Source: Bacteroidota bacterium
GTDB lineage: Bacteria; Bacteroidota; Ignavibacteria; OLB7
NCBI GenBank assembly: GCA_048498995.1
Contig: JBEHWX010000014.1
Coordinates: forward strand, 8,921-72,920
Length of the DNA stretch: 64,000 nt
Direction: 5' to 3'
In this document: positions 23,206 to 32,478 of the stretch, piece by piece
Numbering within the stretch: the stretch's first letter is position 1
How the letters are laid out: each line of letters begins with the position of its first letter
Made by a program: the position numbers and the translations under genes
The notes under the pieces: generated by a model
Database searches by the model: none
What the model was told of the DNA's origin: nothing
What the model saw: only the letters and a program-made list of their open reading frames with translations

Positions 23206-24714
23206 GTGATCACGACGTCTCTCATCGCTACGATCGATACCCCGCTCTCCGGCGAGCTGCATGAGCTTGCCGAAGCTGCGGACGCCGTCGGCTCGCTCGA
23301 AGTGCGGGCCGATCTGGTCGGAGACATTCCGGAGCCCCGACTGCGGGAGCGCTTTCCCGGAAGCCTGATTTATTCGCTCCGGAGCGCCGCCGAGGGAGGG
23401 TCCTTCGACGGCGACGCCTCGGCGCGGCGCGAGCTTCTGGCGGCCGCCGCCGAGAAGTTCGACCTCGTGGAGCTGGAGGGGGAGCGGGATCTGCTTCCGG
23501 AGATCCTGGAGGTGGTGCCCGCGGCAAAGCGGATCATCTCCTGGCATGGGGCATCGGAAAGCCTCGCGCGGCTCGACCGGCGGCTCGACCGCTACACCGC
23601 CGTGCCGGCCGCGCTCTACCGTCTCGTTCCCGATGCCGCCTCGACCGCCGAGGCGCTTCTGCCGCTCCGGCTTCTGGCCGCGCGCCGCCGCGCCGATATC
23701 ATCGCCTATGCCTCCGGACGCCATGGCTCCTGGACCCGCGTGATCGCCCCGCACTTCGGCGCGCCAGTGGTCTTCGCGCCGATCGTCGAGAGCGGACGCG
23801 ATCCGTTCGCCTTCGGGATCCGACGGCTGATGGAGGATTACGGCCTGCCGCTGCTTCGTCCGGTCAAGCAGATCTTCGGCATCATCGGCACCGCCGTCGC
23901 GCACTCCCTCTCGCCGCGTCTGCACAACGCCGGCTATCGCGAGCTCGGATATCCCGCTCTCTACTTTCCCTTCCATGCCGAGCGGCTCGCCGAGTTCCGC
24001 GCGGCGATGGAGGGGCCGGAGGGGCTTGCCGCGCTCGGCATCCGGTTCGGCGGCGGGACGATCGCCGCGCCGCACAAGGAAGACGCCGTTGCCGCCGCGC
24101 GGATGAGCAACCGGCTCTGCGTGATCGCCAACGCCGCCAACAACATCGTGGTCTCCTCCGAGGCCTGGATCGCCAGCACCACCGACTCGGTCGGGGTGCA
24201 GGAGCCGCTGATGCGGCGCGGCATCCCGATCGCCGGGCTTCGCGTGCTCATCGTCGGCTGCGGTGGCGCCGGGCGCGCGATCGCGGCCTCGCTGAAGCTC
24301 TGCGGCGCGCGCGTGACGCTGATGAACCGCGGTCGCGATCGCGGCCTGCACGCCTCCCGGCTGCTGGGCCTTCCGCTGCTGCCGTTCTCCGAGGATCTCG
24401 TGCACGATTTCGACGTCGTGATCAACGCCACCTCGGTCGGGCGCAATCCGGAGGAGGAGCCATTCTCGGTGCGGAGTCTGCCGGCGGCCGCGATCGTGAT
24501 CGACCTGATCTACGGCGCCTCCACGACCCGGCTGATCTCCGAGGCGCGCGAGCGTGGGATGACCTGCATCGACGGCCGGGAAGTGCTCCGCGCGCAGGCG
24601 CTGGCGCAGTTCCGGCTGCTGACCGGGCTCTCGCTTCCGCGGCCGATCGTCGACGGCATTCTCGGCCGCGACGAGCAGGCGGTTCCGAGCGCGCTGGCCG
24701 TTCCCGGCTCCTGA
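23206..24714 (+). CDS. aroDE: Bifunctional 3-dehydroquinate dehydratase (type I) / shikimate 5-dehydrogenase
   Basis: The C-terminal half carries the AroE signature (IFGIIGTAVAHSLSPRLHNAGYRELG) and a Rossmann motif (VLIVGCGGAGRAIAASL). The N-terminal ~220 aa are AroD-like, TIM-barrel-like. Confidence 0.8.
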   Translation: MITTSLIATIDTPLSGELHELAEAADAVGSLEVRADLVGDIPEPRLRERFPGSLIYSLRSAAEGGSFDGDASARRELLAAAAEKFDLVELEGERDLLPEILEVVPAAKRIISWHGASESLARLDRRLDRYTAVPAALYRLVPDAASTAEALLPLRLLAARRRADIIAYASGRHGSWTRVIAPHFGAPVVFAPIVESGRDPFAFGIRRLMEDYGLPLLRPVKQIFGIIGTAVAHSLSPRLHNAGYRELGYPALYFPFHAERLAEFRAAMEGPEGLAALGIRFGGGTIAAPHKEDAVAAARMSNRLCVIANAANNIVVSSEAWIASTTDSVGVQEPLMRRGIPIAGLRVLIVGCGGAGRAIAASLKLCGARVTLMNRGRDRGLHASRLLGLPLLPFSEDLVHDFDVVINATSVGRNPEEEPFSVRSLPAAAIVIDLIYGASTTRLISEARERGMTCIDGREVLRAQALAQFRLLTGLSLPRPIVDGILGRDEQAVPSALAVPGS

Positions 24715-24755
24715 AAGCTGCGCGCTCGACATTCATCGACAACACTCACTCTGCC

Positions 24756-25157
24756 ATGCACCTGACGACCTACATGCGCGGCGACGCGATGGTTCCCGAA
24801 GGAGGGACGATCGATCTGGAGCCGATGCTCGGACGCTGGACCAATACCAACAGCGAGACGATCTACATCGAACGGTTCGAGACCTGGCTCGAGGAGGGGC
24901 GGCTGATGCTCCGCGTCTTCGGCGTCGGGACCGAGAAGGGGGCGCCGATCGACTGGGGAGCGATCGAGGTACAGCCGTACGGCAATCCCTCCACGCTCGA
25001 CCCGGCCGGCTTCCACGGACACTACCGGCTGGAGACGGTCGACGTGCTGCTGGCGGTCAACTACGCCAGGGGCATTCTGGTGATACAGACGTACAGCACC
25101 TTCAGCGACGGCAGCGGCCGCATTCCCTACCAGACGCGAGAGTTCTTCCATCGTTAA
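24756..25157 (+). CDS. Hypothetical small protein (paralogue A)
   Basis: This is a 133-aa ORF. It is paralogous to the next gene: GRWTNTNSETIYIERF versus GQWRNSNPKSTGISSFTL, and C-terminal YQTREFFHR versus YFAREYYFHE. Confidence 0.4.
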   Translation: MHLTTYMRGDAMVPEGGTIDLEPMLGRWTNTNSETIYIERFETWLEEGRLMLRVFGVGTEKGAPIDWGAIEVQPYGNPSTLDPAGFHGHYRLETVDVLLAVNYARGILVIQTYSTFSDGSGRIPYQTREFFHR

Positions 25158-25204
25158 CAGGCGCCGGCGCGGGAGCTTCCCGACGCCGGCTTCCGGAGGT
25201 ATAC

Positions 25205-25618
25205 ATGCAGACAGAGACCATCAGCCACTCCCGCGCCGGCGATCTGCCGGCGGCCGAGGGAGGCATGGCCGCGCCGATCGATCCGGGGCCCTATCTCGGA
25301 CAGTGGCGCAACAGCAACCCGAAGAGCACCGGAATCTCCTCGTTCACCCTCGCGCGCCGCGGCGACGCCGTGGTGATCCGGGCCGAGTCCGCGGACTCCG
25401 CGGTCGTCTGGCCCGAGACGGAGATCACGATGTTCGCCACTTCGGTGGCCGGCGACAAGCTCTCCGCGTTCAGCGCGCTGATCGACTTCGGCTTCATGGA
25501 GTCGTTTCTGGCGGGAAACATCAATCTGGGACTGATCGTGATAGCAACCTTCAACCGGTTCAAGGACGAGAGCGGCCGCGCCGACTACTTCGCCCGGGAG
25601 TACTATTTCCATGAGTGA
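25205..25618 (+). CDS. Hypothetical small protein (paralogue B)
   Basis: This is a 137-aa ORF that shares a conserved C-terminal motif with 24756-25157. It overlaps the start of the acyl-CoA dehydrogenase gene by 8 nt. Confidence 0.4.
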   Translation: MQTETISHSRAGDLPAAEGGMAAPIDPGPYLGQWRNSNPKSTGISSFTLARRGDAVVIRAESADSAVVWPETEITMFATSVAGDKLSAFSALIDFGFMESFLAGNINLGLIVIATFNRFKDESGRADYFAREYYFHE

Positions 25619-26825
25619 CGTCGCGACGGCAAACGGAACCAAGCGCGCGGTGATCGACCGGCAGGCATTGATCGCGCGGACGCGGGAGCTGGCCAACGGA
25701 GCTTTCCTGGCGCGCGCCGCGGAGTACGACCGGCTGGCGATCTTCCCGAAAGAGGATTTCGACGACATGCGCGCGGCCGGCCTTCACGCGCCGACGGTGC
25801 CGCAGAGTTACGGCGGCCTCGGCCTCGGCCCGGTCTGCGGGGATTCCTACACGCTCTGGATGATGACCAAGGAGCTGGCGAAGGTCGATCTTTCGCTGGC
25901 CCGCTGCTGGGAGGGGCACGCCAACTCCCTCGTGATTCTCGACGCGCTGGCCACCGAGGAGCAGAAGCGCCGGTGGTTCTCCGGCGTGGTCGATCGCGGC
26001 GAGCTCTGGGTGGCCTGGAGCGGCGAGCCGCAGAACCGCGTGCCGGGGGAGCAGCGCCGGTTCGGCACCAACCTCACCCGCGTCGACGGAGGCTACATCG
26101 TCGATGGCACCAAGGTCTTCTGCACCAGCGCCAACGGCGCGCACTGGGCCATTCTCCTGGTCAACGCGGAGGGGCCCGGCGGGGCGCGCCACGCCGAAAA
26201 CTCTCCCGAGCAGCTTCTGCTGCTGGCCTGCAATCTCGATGATCCGTCGGTCACCACCGATGACTCCTGGTGGGATCCGATCGGCATGCGGGGAACGGTG
26301 AGCCACCTGGTCCGCTTCGACAAGACGTTCGTTCCCGAGGAGAACCTGATCGGCCCCCCCGGCGCGTACCTGCGCGAGGGATGGCAGACGAGGTTCATCC
26401 CGCATTACGCCGCCTCCTTCCTCGGCGCGGCCGAGGCCGCCTACGATTATGCCCTCGAATACGTGGCGGCGCAGAACCGGGTGAACGATCCCTACGTGCA
26501 GCAGCATATCGGCACCATGGCGGTCAACGTCGAGACCGGGCATCTCTGGCTCAAGCACGTGGCCGAGCTCTGGCGCACCGATCCCGAGGAGGCGAAGCTG
26601 GCCGGCAGTCGTGCCCGTCACGTGATGGAGCATCTGTCCGAGCAGACCGTGAAGCTCTGCATCCGGACCTGTGGCGCGCGATCGCTGAACCGCCCCGGAC
26701 ATCTCGAGCGGATCTATCGCGATCTCTCCTTCTATGTCCGCCACGACAACGACGACCACAACCTTGCGATGATCGGCAAGGCGATTCTCGGACAGTCCTA
26801 CGACGCATCCTTCTACAAACCGTGA
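25611..26825 (+). CDS. Acyl-CoA dehydrogenase family protein
   Basis: The 404-aa product reads ...FPKEDFDDMRAAGLHAPTVPQSYGGLGLG... and ...CTSANGAHWAILLVNAEG..., matching the ACAD N-terminal, middle and C-terminal pattern. Confidence 0.75.
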   Translation: MSDVATANGTKRAVIDRQALIARTRELANGAFLARAAEYDRLAIFPKEDFDDMRAAGLHAPTVPQSYGGLGLGPVCGDSYTLWMMTKELAKVDLSLARCWEGHANSLVILDALATEEQKRRWFSGVVDRGELWVAWSGEPQNRVPGEQRRFGTNLTRVDGGYIVDGTKVFCTSANGAHWAILLVNAEGPGGARHAENSPEQLLLLACNLDDPSVTTDDSWWDPIGMRGTVSHLVRFDKTFVPEENLIGPPGAYLREGWQTRFIPHYAASFLGAAEAAYDYALEYVAAQNRVNDPYVQQHIGTMAVNVETGHLWLKHVAELWRTDPEEAKLAGSRARHVMEHLSEQTVKLCIRTCGARSLNRPGHLERIYRDLSFYVRHDNDDHNLAMIGKAILGQSYDASFYKP

Positions 26826-26829
26826 GTGC

Positions 26830-28353
26830 GTGATGGCTTTCACTTCCACTTCCCAGGTGTCTGCCCGTACGGGAGGATCCCGCCGCATCGATCCCATCTG
26901 GTCGCTCGGCTTCCGGTATTTCCTCGCCTACATCCCGTACAGCCTGCTGATCAAGGCATTGACCAGCGGGCTGGTTCCCGGCGTTCCGAAGGTCTTCGGC
27001 TACACGATCCTGCCGCTGGCCGCGGTGGCGACGTGGGTGCTGATGAGCATCATCGTCTGGCGCCTCGACTGGTGGCGCTACGTTGAGCGGCGCCAGGTGT
27101 TCGGCGTGTCGGTCCCGATCATCCGCTGGCAGTCGGTGATCGCCGGCGTCTGCACGGCGCTGATCGTCGCCACGACCACGCTCGCCTTCAGCCTTCCCGG
27201 CGTCTCGATCGTGCTGGTGCTGGTGGCGATGCGCGGCGGGGTACTGATCATCGCCCGCGTCACCGATTTCATGAGCGGACGAAGGGTGAAGTGGGATGCC
27301 ATGGCCGCGTTCGCGCTCACGCTCGGCTCGCTCGTGGCCGCCTTCGCCACCGCGACCGACTTCACCCTGACGGCCGCGGCTGTCGGGACGATCGGACTCT
27401 ACCTGTTCGGCTACGTGTTCCGGCTGCGGGTGATCGACATGCTCGGCAAGACGAGCGAGCGCGACACGACGATCCGCTACTTCGTCGAGGAGCAGGCGGT
27501 CGCGATGCCGGTGCAGCTTCTGCTGACGCTGCTGATCCCGCTGTTCGTCGGCGGGGAGGTGGGCAACGGTCTCTGGGCGGGAATCGCGGCCGTGCCCGGT
27601 CCGCTGGCCGGGGCGCTCTTCCTTCTGGTCGGCGCCCTCTACGCCACGCTCTATGTCTTCGGCACGCAGATCTATCTCCATCCGCGCGAGCATACGTTCT
27701 GCGTGCCGGTCAACCGCGCCTGCAGCATTCTCTCCGGCGTGGTCGCCTCCTTCACGCTGATGTTCCTGTTCAATCGTCCCGCGCCGCGCGCCGGCGAGCT
27801 GGTCGGGGCGGGACTGCTGCTATCGGCGCTCGCGCTGCTGGCGGTGGTGGCCGCGGTCCGCGAGAGACGCGCCGAGCCGGTGCGCCGCCTCTTCCTCTTC
27901 ATCTGCGCCGGCAACACGGCCCGCTCGCCGATGGCGCAGGCGATCTGCACCGCGGAGATCGCCGCGCGTCTCGGCGTGACGGTCGGCGAGCTGGCGTCCG
28001 CGGGCATCGAGCTCGGGTCGGCCGGCATCGCCGCGCGCACCGGCAAGCCGATGAAGCCGGAGGCGATCGCCGCCCTGGAATCGCTCGGCGTGGCCGCGCA
28101 CGACCACGTGGCCCGTCCGCTCACGCCGGAGCTGATCTCCGAGGCCGAGGCGATCTACTGCATGACCGGCGAGCAGCGCCAGGCCGTGATCGACATGATG
28201 CCGGAAGCGGCCGACAGAGTCCACTGCCTCAGCAACGACGGCGACATGGACGAGCCGACGGGACTGGAGGCGATGGTGAGCTTCGCCCTCAGCGCGCGGG
28301 AGCATCTGCGCCGGCACGTCGCCGGCCTGATCCCGGAGCCCCAGCTCGCATGA
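26830..28353 (+). CDS. Fusion: polytopic membrane domain (~9 TM) + C-terminal low-molecular-weight protein-tyrosine phosphatase (LMW-PTP/Wzb-like) domain
   Basis: The C-terminus has the P-loop CX5R(S/T) motif (LFLFICAGNTARSPMAQAICTAEIAARLG) and a typical LMW-PTP DPY-like end (YCMTGEQ...DMDEP). The N-terminal 360 aa are hydrophobic with many predicted TM helices. Confidence 0.6.
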   Translation: MMAFTSTSQVSARTGGSRRIDPIWSLGFRYFLAYIPYSLLIKALTSGLVPGVPKVFGYTILPLAAVATWVLMSIIVWRLDWWRYVERRQVFGVSVPIIRWQSVIAGVCTALIVATTTLAFSLPGVSIVLVLVAMRGGVLIIARVTDFMSGRRVKWDAMAAFALTLGSLVAAFATATDFTLTAAAVGTIGLYLFGYVFRLRVIDMLGKTSERDTTIRYFVEEQAVAMPVQLLLTLLIPLFVGGEVGNGLWAGIAAVPGPLAGALFLLVGALYATLYVFGTQIYLHPREHTFCVPVNRACSILSGVVASFTLMFLFNRPAPRAGELVGAGLLLSALALLAVVAAVRERRAEPVRRLFLFICAGNTARSPMAQAICTAEIAARLGVTVGELASAGIELGSAGIAARTGKPMKPEAIAALESLGVAAHDHVARPLTPELISEAEAIYCMTGEQRQAVIDMMPEAADRVHCLSNDGDMDEPTGLEAMVSFALSAREHLRRHVAGLIPEPQLA

Positions 28354-28510
28354 GGCACCCCCGTCGTACCGATCGCATCGGACGCCTGAACCATCCGCCG
28401 GACGCGTGCCCCGCGTGGTCGCGTCCCGTCCCGTCAGACGGGATGCCTCGCGTGCTCGCGGCGTGGAGCCTGTCTCAGCGCGCCGCCGGGGACGAGGCCG
28501 GGAGGATCGG

Positions 28511-29584
28511 GTGAACATCGATGTCTACGCCGAGGATCTCGGCTGGCTTTTCGAGGATCTGAAGCGGCGGTTCGCCGCGCTCGACCTCGACGGGATCACG
28601 ATCACGGCCGGCAGCACTCCCTCGCCGGATGCCGACGCCTGGGTGGCGCTCAGGACGCGCGAGATCGACCGCGCCCCCGATCCACGCCGGACCGTCGCCT
28701 GCATCCACGACTTCGACGACGAGCGGCAGTATCTCGAGGGGGGAAGCCGGCAGGGGGTCCGCGTCGCCGGAGGGATCGTGCTCTGCCATCCCGATCAGCG
28801 CGAATACCTGGCCGGCGGCGGCATCGCCATCGACGCCATGCCGGCCCTGGAGCGCCCGATCGGCGCGCTCGAGGTGTTCCGTCCCCGGCGCGAGCTGGAC
28901 GAGACCTTTCGCGTCGGCTGGGTCGGACGGAATCATCTCCGGAAGCGGATCGAGTGGCTGCCGGAAACGATCGCGCGGGTGCGGCTTCCGGAGGGATCCT
29001 ATCGCGTGCTGCTGGTCGGCCGGGATCTGGCCGATCTCGCCGAGGAGGTTCGCTCGCTCGGCGTCGGCTGCGATCATCTGGAGAAGGCGGATATCGGCTT
29101 CGACTCCTACCCGGCGCTCTACGCGTCGATGGGGTGCCTGCTGGTCACCAGCCGCGCGGAGGCCGGGCCGCTGACGCTCTTCGAGGCGCTGGCCACAGGA
29201 GTTCCGGTGGTGAGCACGCCGGTCGGGTGGGGACCGCTGCTGGCCTCATCGGGTGGACCCGGCGTCACCATCGCCACCGATCCGGCCGGGCTGGCCGGGG
29301 GAATCGAGGATGCTTTTGCCCGTCGGCACGAGCTCTTCGCGCGGCGCGCGGAGATCGCCGCTCAGGTCGGTGCCTGGTCGATGGAGGGATGGATGGAGGA
29401 TGTGGTGCGCTTCGCCGCGTCGGTCGCGGTGGGAGCGCGAGGCGGATCGCGCATCGCGGGACCGCACGTCGCGGCGCCGCACGTCACCGGGACGCATGCC
29501 GCTGGAACGCATGTCGCTGGAACGCATGCCGCTGGGACGCATGTCGCTGGGACGCGTGGCGCCGGCGCTTCAGTCATCTCGTGA
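28511..29584 (+). CDS. Glycosyltransferase family 4 (GT-B) with His/Thr-rich repetitive C-terminal tail
   Basis: A GTG start follows a GGAGGA RBS. The GT4 C-terminal motif reads EAGPLTLFEALATGVPVVSTPVGWGP. The tail AGPHVAAPHVTGTHAAGTHVAGTHAAGTHVAGT is encoded by 15-bp tandem repeats at ~29,480-29,560. Confidence 0.6.
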   Translation: MNIDVYAEDLGWLFEDLKRRFAALDLDGITITAGSTPSPDADAWVALRTREIDRAPDPRRTVACIHDFDDERQYLEGGSRQGVRVAGGIVLCHPDQREYLAGGGIAIDAMPALERPIGALEVFRPRRELDETFRVGWVGRNHLRKRIEWLPETIARVRLPEGSYRVLLVGRDLADLAEEVRSLGVGCDHLEKADIGFDSYPALYASMGCLLVTSRAEAGPLTLFEALATGVPVVSTPVGWGPLLASSGGPGVTIATDPAGLAGGIEDAFARRHELFARRAEIAAQVGAWSMEGWMEDVVRFAASVAVGARGGSRIAGPHVAAPHVTGTHAAGTHVAGTHAAGTHVAGTRGAGASVIS

Positions 29585-29633
29585 GCTCACCGGCCCTGTC
29601 GCGGCCGGCCCACATAACCTGGAGGATCGAGAC

Positions 29634-30476
29634 ATGGGGATCGTTTTGTCGGCCGACGAGGTCGAACGGTACGAGCGGGAGGGGTATCTCTCGCCGGTCG
29701 ACGGGCTGAGCACGGAGGAGGTGGGGAGATATCGCGCCTCGTTCGATGAGCTCAACGACTATCGCGGCGGGAAGATGGTGCCGATCCAGTGCGCGCAGCT
29801 TCATCTCTACTTCCCGTGGGCATACGAGCTGGCGCTCCATCCGAGGATCCTCGATACCGTCGAGGATCTGCTCGGCGAGGATATCATCGTCCACAGCTCC
29901 ACCATCTTCTGCAAGTATCCGAACGATCTGCGCTTCGTCTCCTGGCATCAGGATGGACATTATCGCGGGTTCGATTCGCGGCGGTCGGTCTCGGCCTGGG
30001 TGGCGCTCTCCGAGAGCACTCCGCGCAACGGCTGCGTCCGGGTGATCCCCGGATCGCATCGGACCCTCTACGAGCATCGCGAGTATCCCGACGCCGCGAA
30101 CATGCTCCTCTCCGGGATGACCATCGACGCTCCCGATGGGGTGGAGGAGGCGAGCGACATGGTGCTCGCGCCGGGACAGTTCTCGCTTCACCACGTCGAC
30201 CTGGTGCACAGCTCCGGACCGAATCCGACCGACGATTTCAGGATCGGCATGGCCGTCCGCTACATCGCCGCGGACGTCCGCCAGACGCTGCCGCATCACG
30301 CGGTGCTGCTTGCGCGGGGCCGGGACACGGCGGGACATTTCCGGCTGCTCGACCAGATCCCGACCGGCACCACCGCCGAGTGCGCCGACCGTCAGTGGCG
30401 CGCCCAGACCGAGTACATGCGCGTCCGCGGCATGGAAAACGCCGTGGCCGATATCGAGGCGGAGGGGCCGCGATGA
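29634..30476 (+). CDS. Phytanoyl-CoA dioxygenase (PhyH) family Fe(II)/2-oxoglutarate-dependent oxygenase
   Basis: The start has a GGAGGA RBS. Motifs include WHQDGHYRG...VSAWVALSEST..NGCVRVIPGSH...HHVDLVHSSGPN, which supply the His-x-Asp...His facial triad. Confidence 0.7.
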   Translation: MGIVLSADEVERYEREGYLSPVDGLSTEEVGRYRASFDELNDYRGGKMVPIQCAQLHLYFPWAYELALHPRILDTVEDLLGEDIIVHSSTIFCKYPNDLRFVSWHQDGHYRGFDSRRSVSAWVALSESTPRNGCVRVIPGSHRTLYEHREYPDAANMLLSGMTIDAPDGVEEASDMVLAPGQFSLHHVDLVHSSGPNPTDDFRIGMAVRYIAADVRQTLPHHAVLLARGRDTAGHFRLLDQIPTGTTAECADRQWRAQTEYMRVRGMENAVADIEAEGPR

Positions 30477-31573
30477 GCCGGGTGGCCATTCACCTGATGA
30501 ACCTGGTGGCGCGTGCCGTCGGATCGCGCAACGGCGCTCCGATCGGCCTGTATCGCGAGTGGCGCGCGTTCGAGGGAATGCTCCTGGAATGTCTCGGCGA
30601 GCTCGGCCACGATATCTCCATCGGCACCTATCGTCCCGGCGCGCGCGTGCACGACGATGCCGACGTGAGGATCTTCGCCCACGCGACCTCGCGCGACGTT
30701 CCGGGGGAGCTCTACTACAAGCAGATGCATCTGCGGGAGCTCTTCACGATCGACCACATCGGCTGGGGAGCCGATCACTCGGCCTCGACGCGGCCGGTGC
30801 CCTACCTCTCGGCCGATCCGGTTCTTGCCGAGTCCTACTGCCGCTCGCTGGTGGATGGGTATCTGGCCAGCGGAGGATCGAAGGCACCGCAGCCGCCGAT
30901 CGGCTCCACGCCGCGGCTCCCTTCACGCTACATCTTCGTTCCGGCGCAGGTGCCGATCGATTACGTCAACATTCATCACTCGCCGATCACGGTGGACCGG
31001 TTCATCCTCGCGGTGGCGCGCTGGGGAGCAAGCCGCGGCAGAACCGTGGTGATCAAGGTCCACCCGAGCTGCATCGGTTACGAGGAGGTGGATAGCGCCG
31101 TGGCCGAATGCGCGCGGCTCGGCGAGCATGTGCGGATCGTGGACGGGAACGTGCACGAGCTGATAGCCGGCGCGGAGGGGGTGATCACGATCAACTCCGG
31201 CGTCGGCTTCGAAAGCCTGATCCATGGGCGTCCGGTGGTCACCTTCGGCAACAGCGATTATCGCGCCGCGACCTTCGCCGCGGACGAGTCGAGCCTGGAC
31301 GAGGCATGCCGCTACATCGACGAGTATACCGAGCGACAGCGAAGGGAGGCGTGGCAGTTCATCCACCATTACTGCTTCGAGCATGCATTCAGCATCGAGC
31401 TCGATCAGTGGTGGCGCTCCTACGAACGGCTGCATGCCTATCTCGCCAGAACCATCCCGCACGTGGCGCGGGGTCCGCATCGTGACGACGTATCGCATGC
31501 GATGAGCGCCGGCTCCGTCGGCGTGGCGCCGGTGGCCCCCATGGGAAACGGTCTGGCCGGGGGGATGGGATGA
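30474..31573 (+). CDS. Capsule polysaccharide biosynthesis family protein (KpsC/KpsS/LpsZ-like)
   Basis: It has an ATGA overlap with the upstream gene. Blocks include IFVPAQVPIDYVNIH...VVIKVHP...GVITINSGVGFESLIHGRPVVTFGNSDY. This is a family-level guess. Confidence 0.45.
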
Positions 31574-32478
31574 CTCCGGTGGAGGAGGCGCTCGCGTTCT
31601 TCGACGGCGGCGATCCGGTGGAATATCTCTGGCTGAGAACCTCGGCCGAGCTGGTCTATTTCCACCGCGTGCTCCGCCAGGTGCTGGCCCATCCGGTCGC
31701 GCGCCGGTTCCAGTGGTACGTCAGGAACCGCGAGCCGATTCCCCGCGTCGGGGAGGATGTGATCGTGATCCAGATCGGCAACGAGGATCATCGCCTTCCG
31801 GAGCTCACCGACGAGCTCTTCCTTCTCTTCACCTCCTACCCGCCATCCCCGGAGTCGATGCCCGAGAATGTCCGCGCGATTCCGCTCGGCTACAACGGCG
31901 ACGTTCCGGATCTGCCGATGACGCCCTTCGCCTCGCGGCGTCTCGACGCGTTCTTCAGCGGGCAGGCCACCAACTACCGTCCTGCGATCGGCCGCGCCGT
32001 CGAGGAGCTGCTGCGCCGGCCCGGGCTCGAGCGGCTGAGAACCTTCATCAACTACACCGAGCGCTTCCGTGCCGGCCTCGCGCCGGATGAGTATGCGTCG
32101 CTGCTGATGGACGCGAAGGTGGTCTTCGCGCCGATGGGGACCCGCTCGCCGGTGACGTTCCGATTCTTCGAGGCGGCGCGCGCCGGCAACGTGATCGTCT
32201 CCTGCGAGCTGCCACGCACCTGGTATTACGATCCGTTCCCCGGCATCATCGTCGAGGATTGGGATGCGCTGCCGGAGCTGCTCGACCCGCTCTTCCGCGA
32301 TCCGGGGCGCCTGGAAGAGCTCCACCATCGCACCGTCGAGTATTACCGGAACTGCTGCTCCGAGGATGTGGTTGCCCGCTATATTCTCGGCGAGATACTC
32401 TCCCGTGCCGGCCGGACCGGCGGAGTCGTCGGAGGAGCCGCGTCCGGCGCCGGGCATGCCCACGGGGTGATCGAATGA
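31570..32478 (+). CDS. Putative glycosyltransferase (exostosin/GT47-like C-terminal fold), hypothetical
   Basis: It has an ATGA overlap. The region FFSGQATNYRPAIGR...MDAKVVFAPMGTRSPVTFRFFEAARAGNVIV resembles exostosin-type GTs. The call is weak. Confidence 0.3.
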   Translation: MTPVEEALAFFDGGDPVEYLWLRTSAELVYFHRVLRQVLAHPVARRFQWYVRNREPIPRVGEDVIVIQIGNEDHRLPELTDELFLLFTSYPPSPESMPENVRAIPLGYNGDVPDLPMTPFASRRLDAFFSGQATNYRPAIGRAVEELLRRPGLERLRTFINYTERFRAGLAPDEYASLLMDAKVVFAPMGTRSPVTFRFFEAARAGNVIVSCELPRTWYYDPFPGIIVEDWDALPELLDPLFRDPGRLEELHHRTVEYYRNCCSEDVVARYILGEILSRAGRTGGVVGGAASGAGHAHGVIE

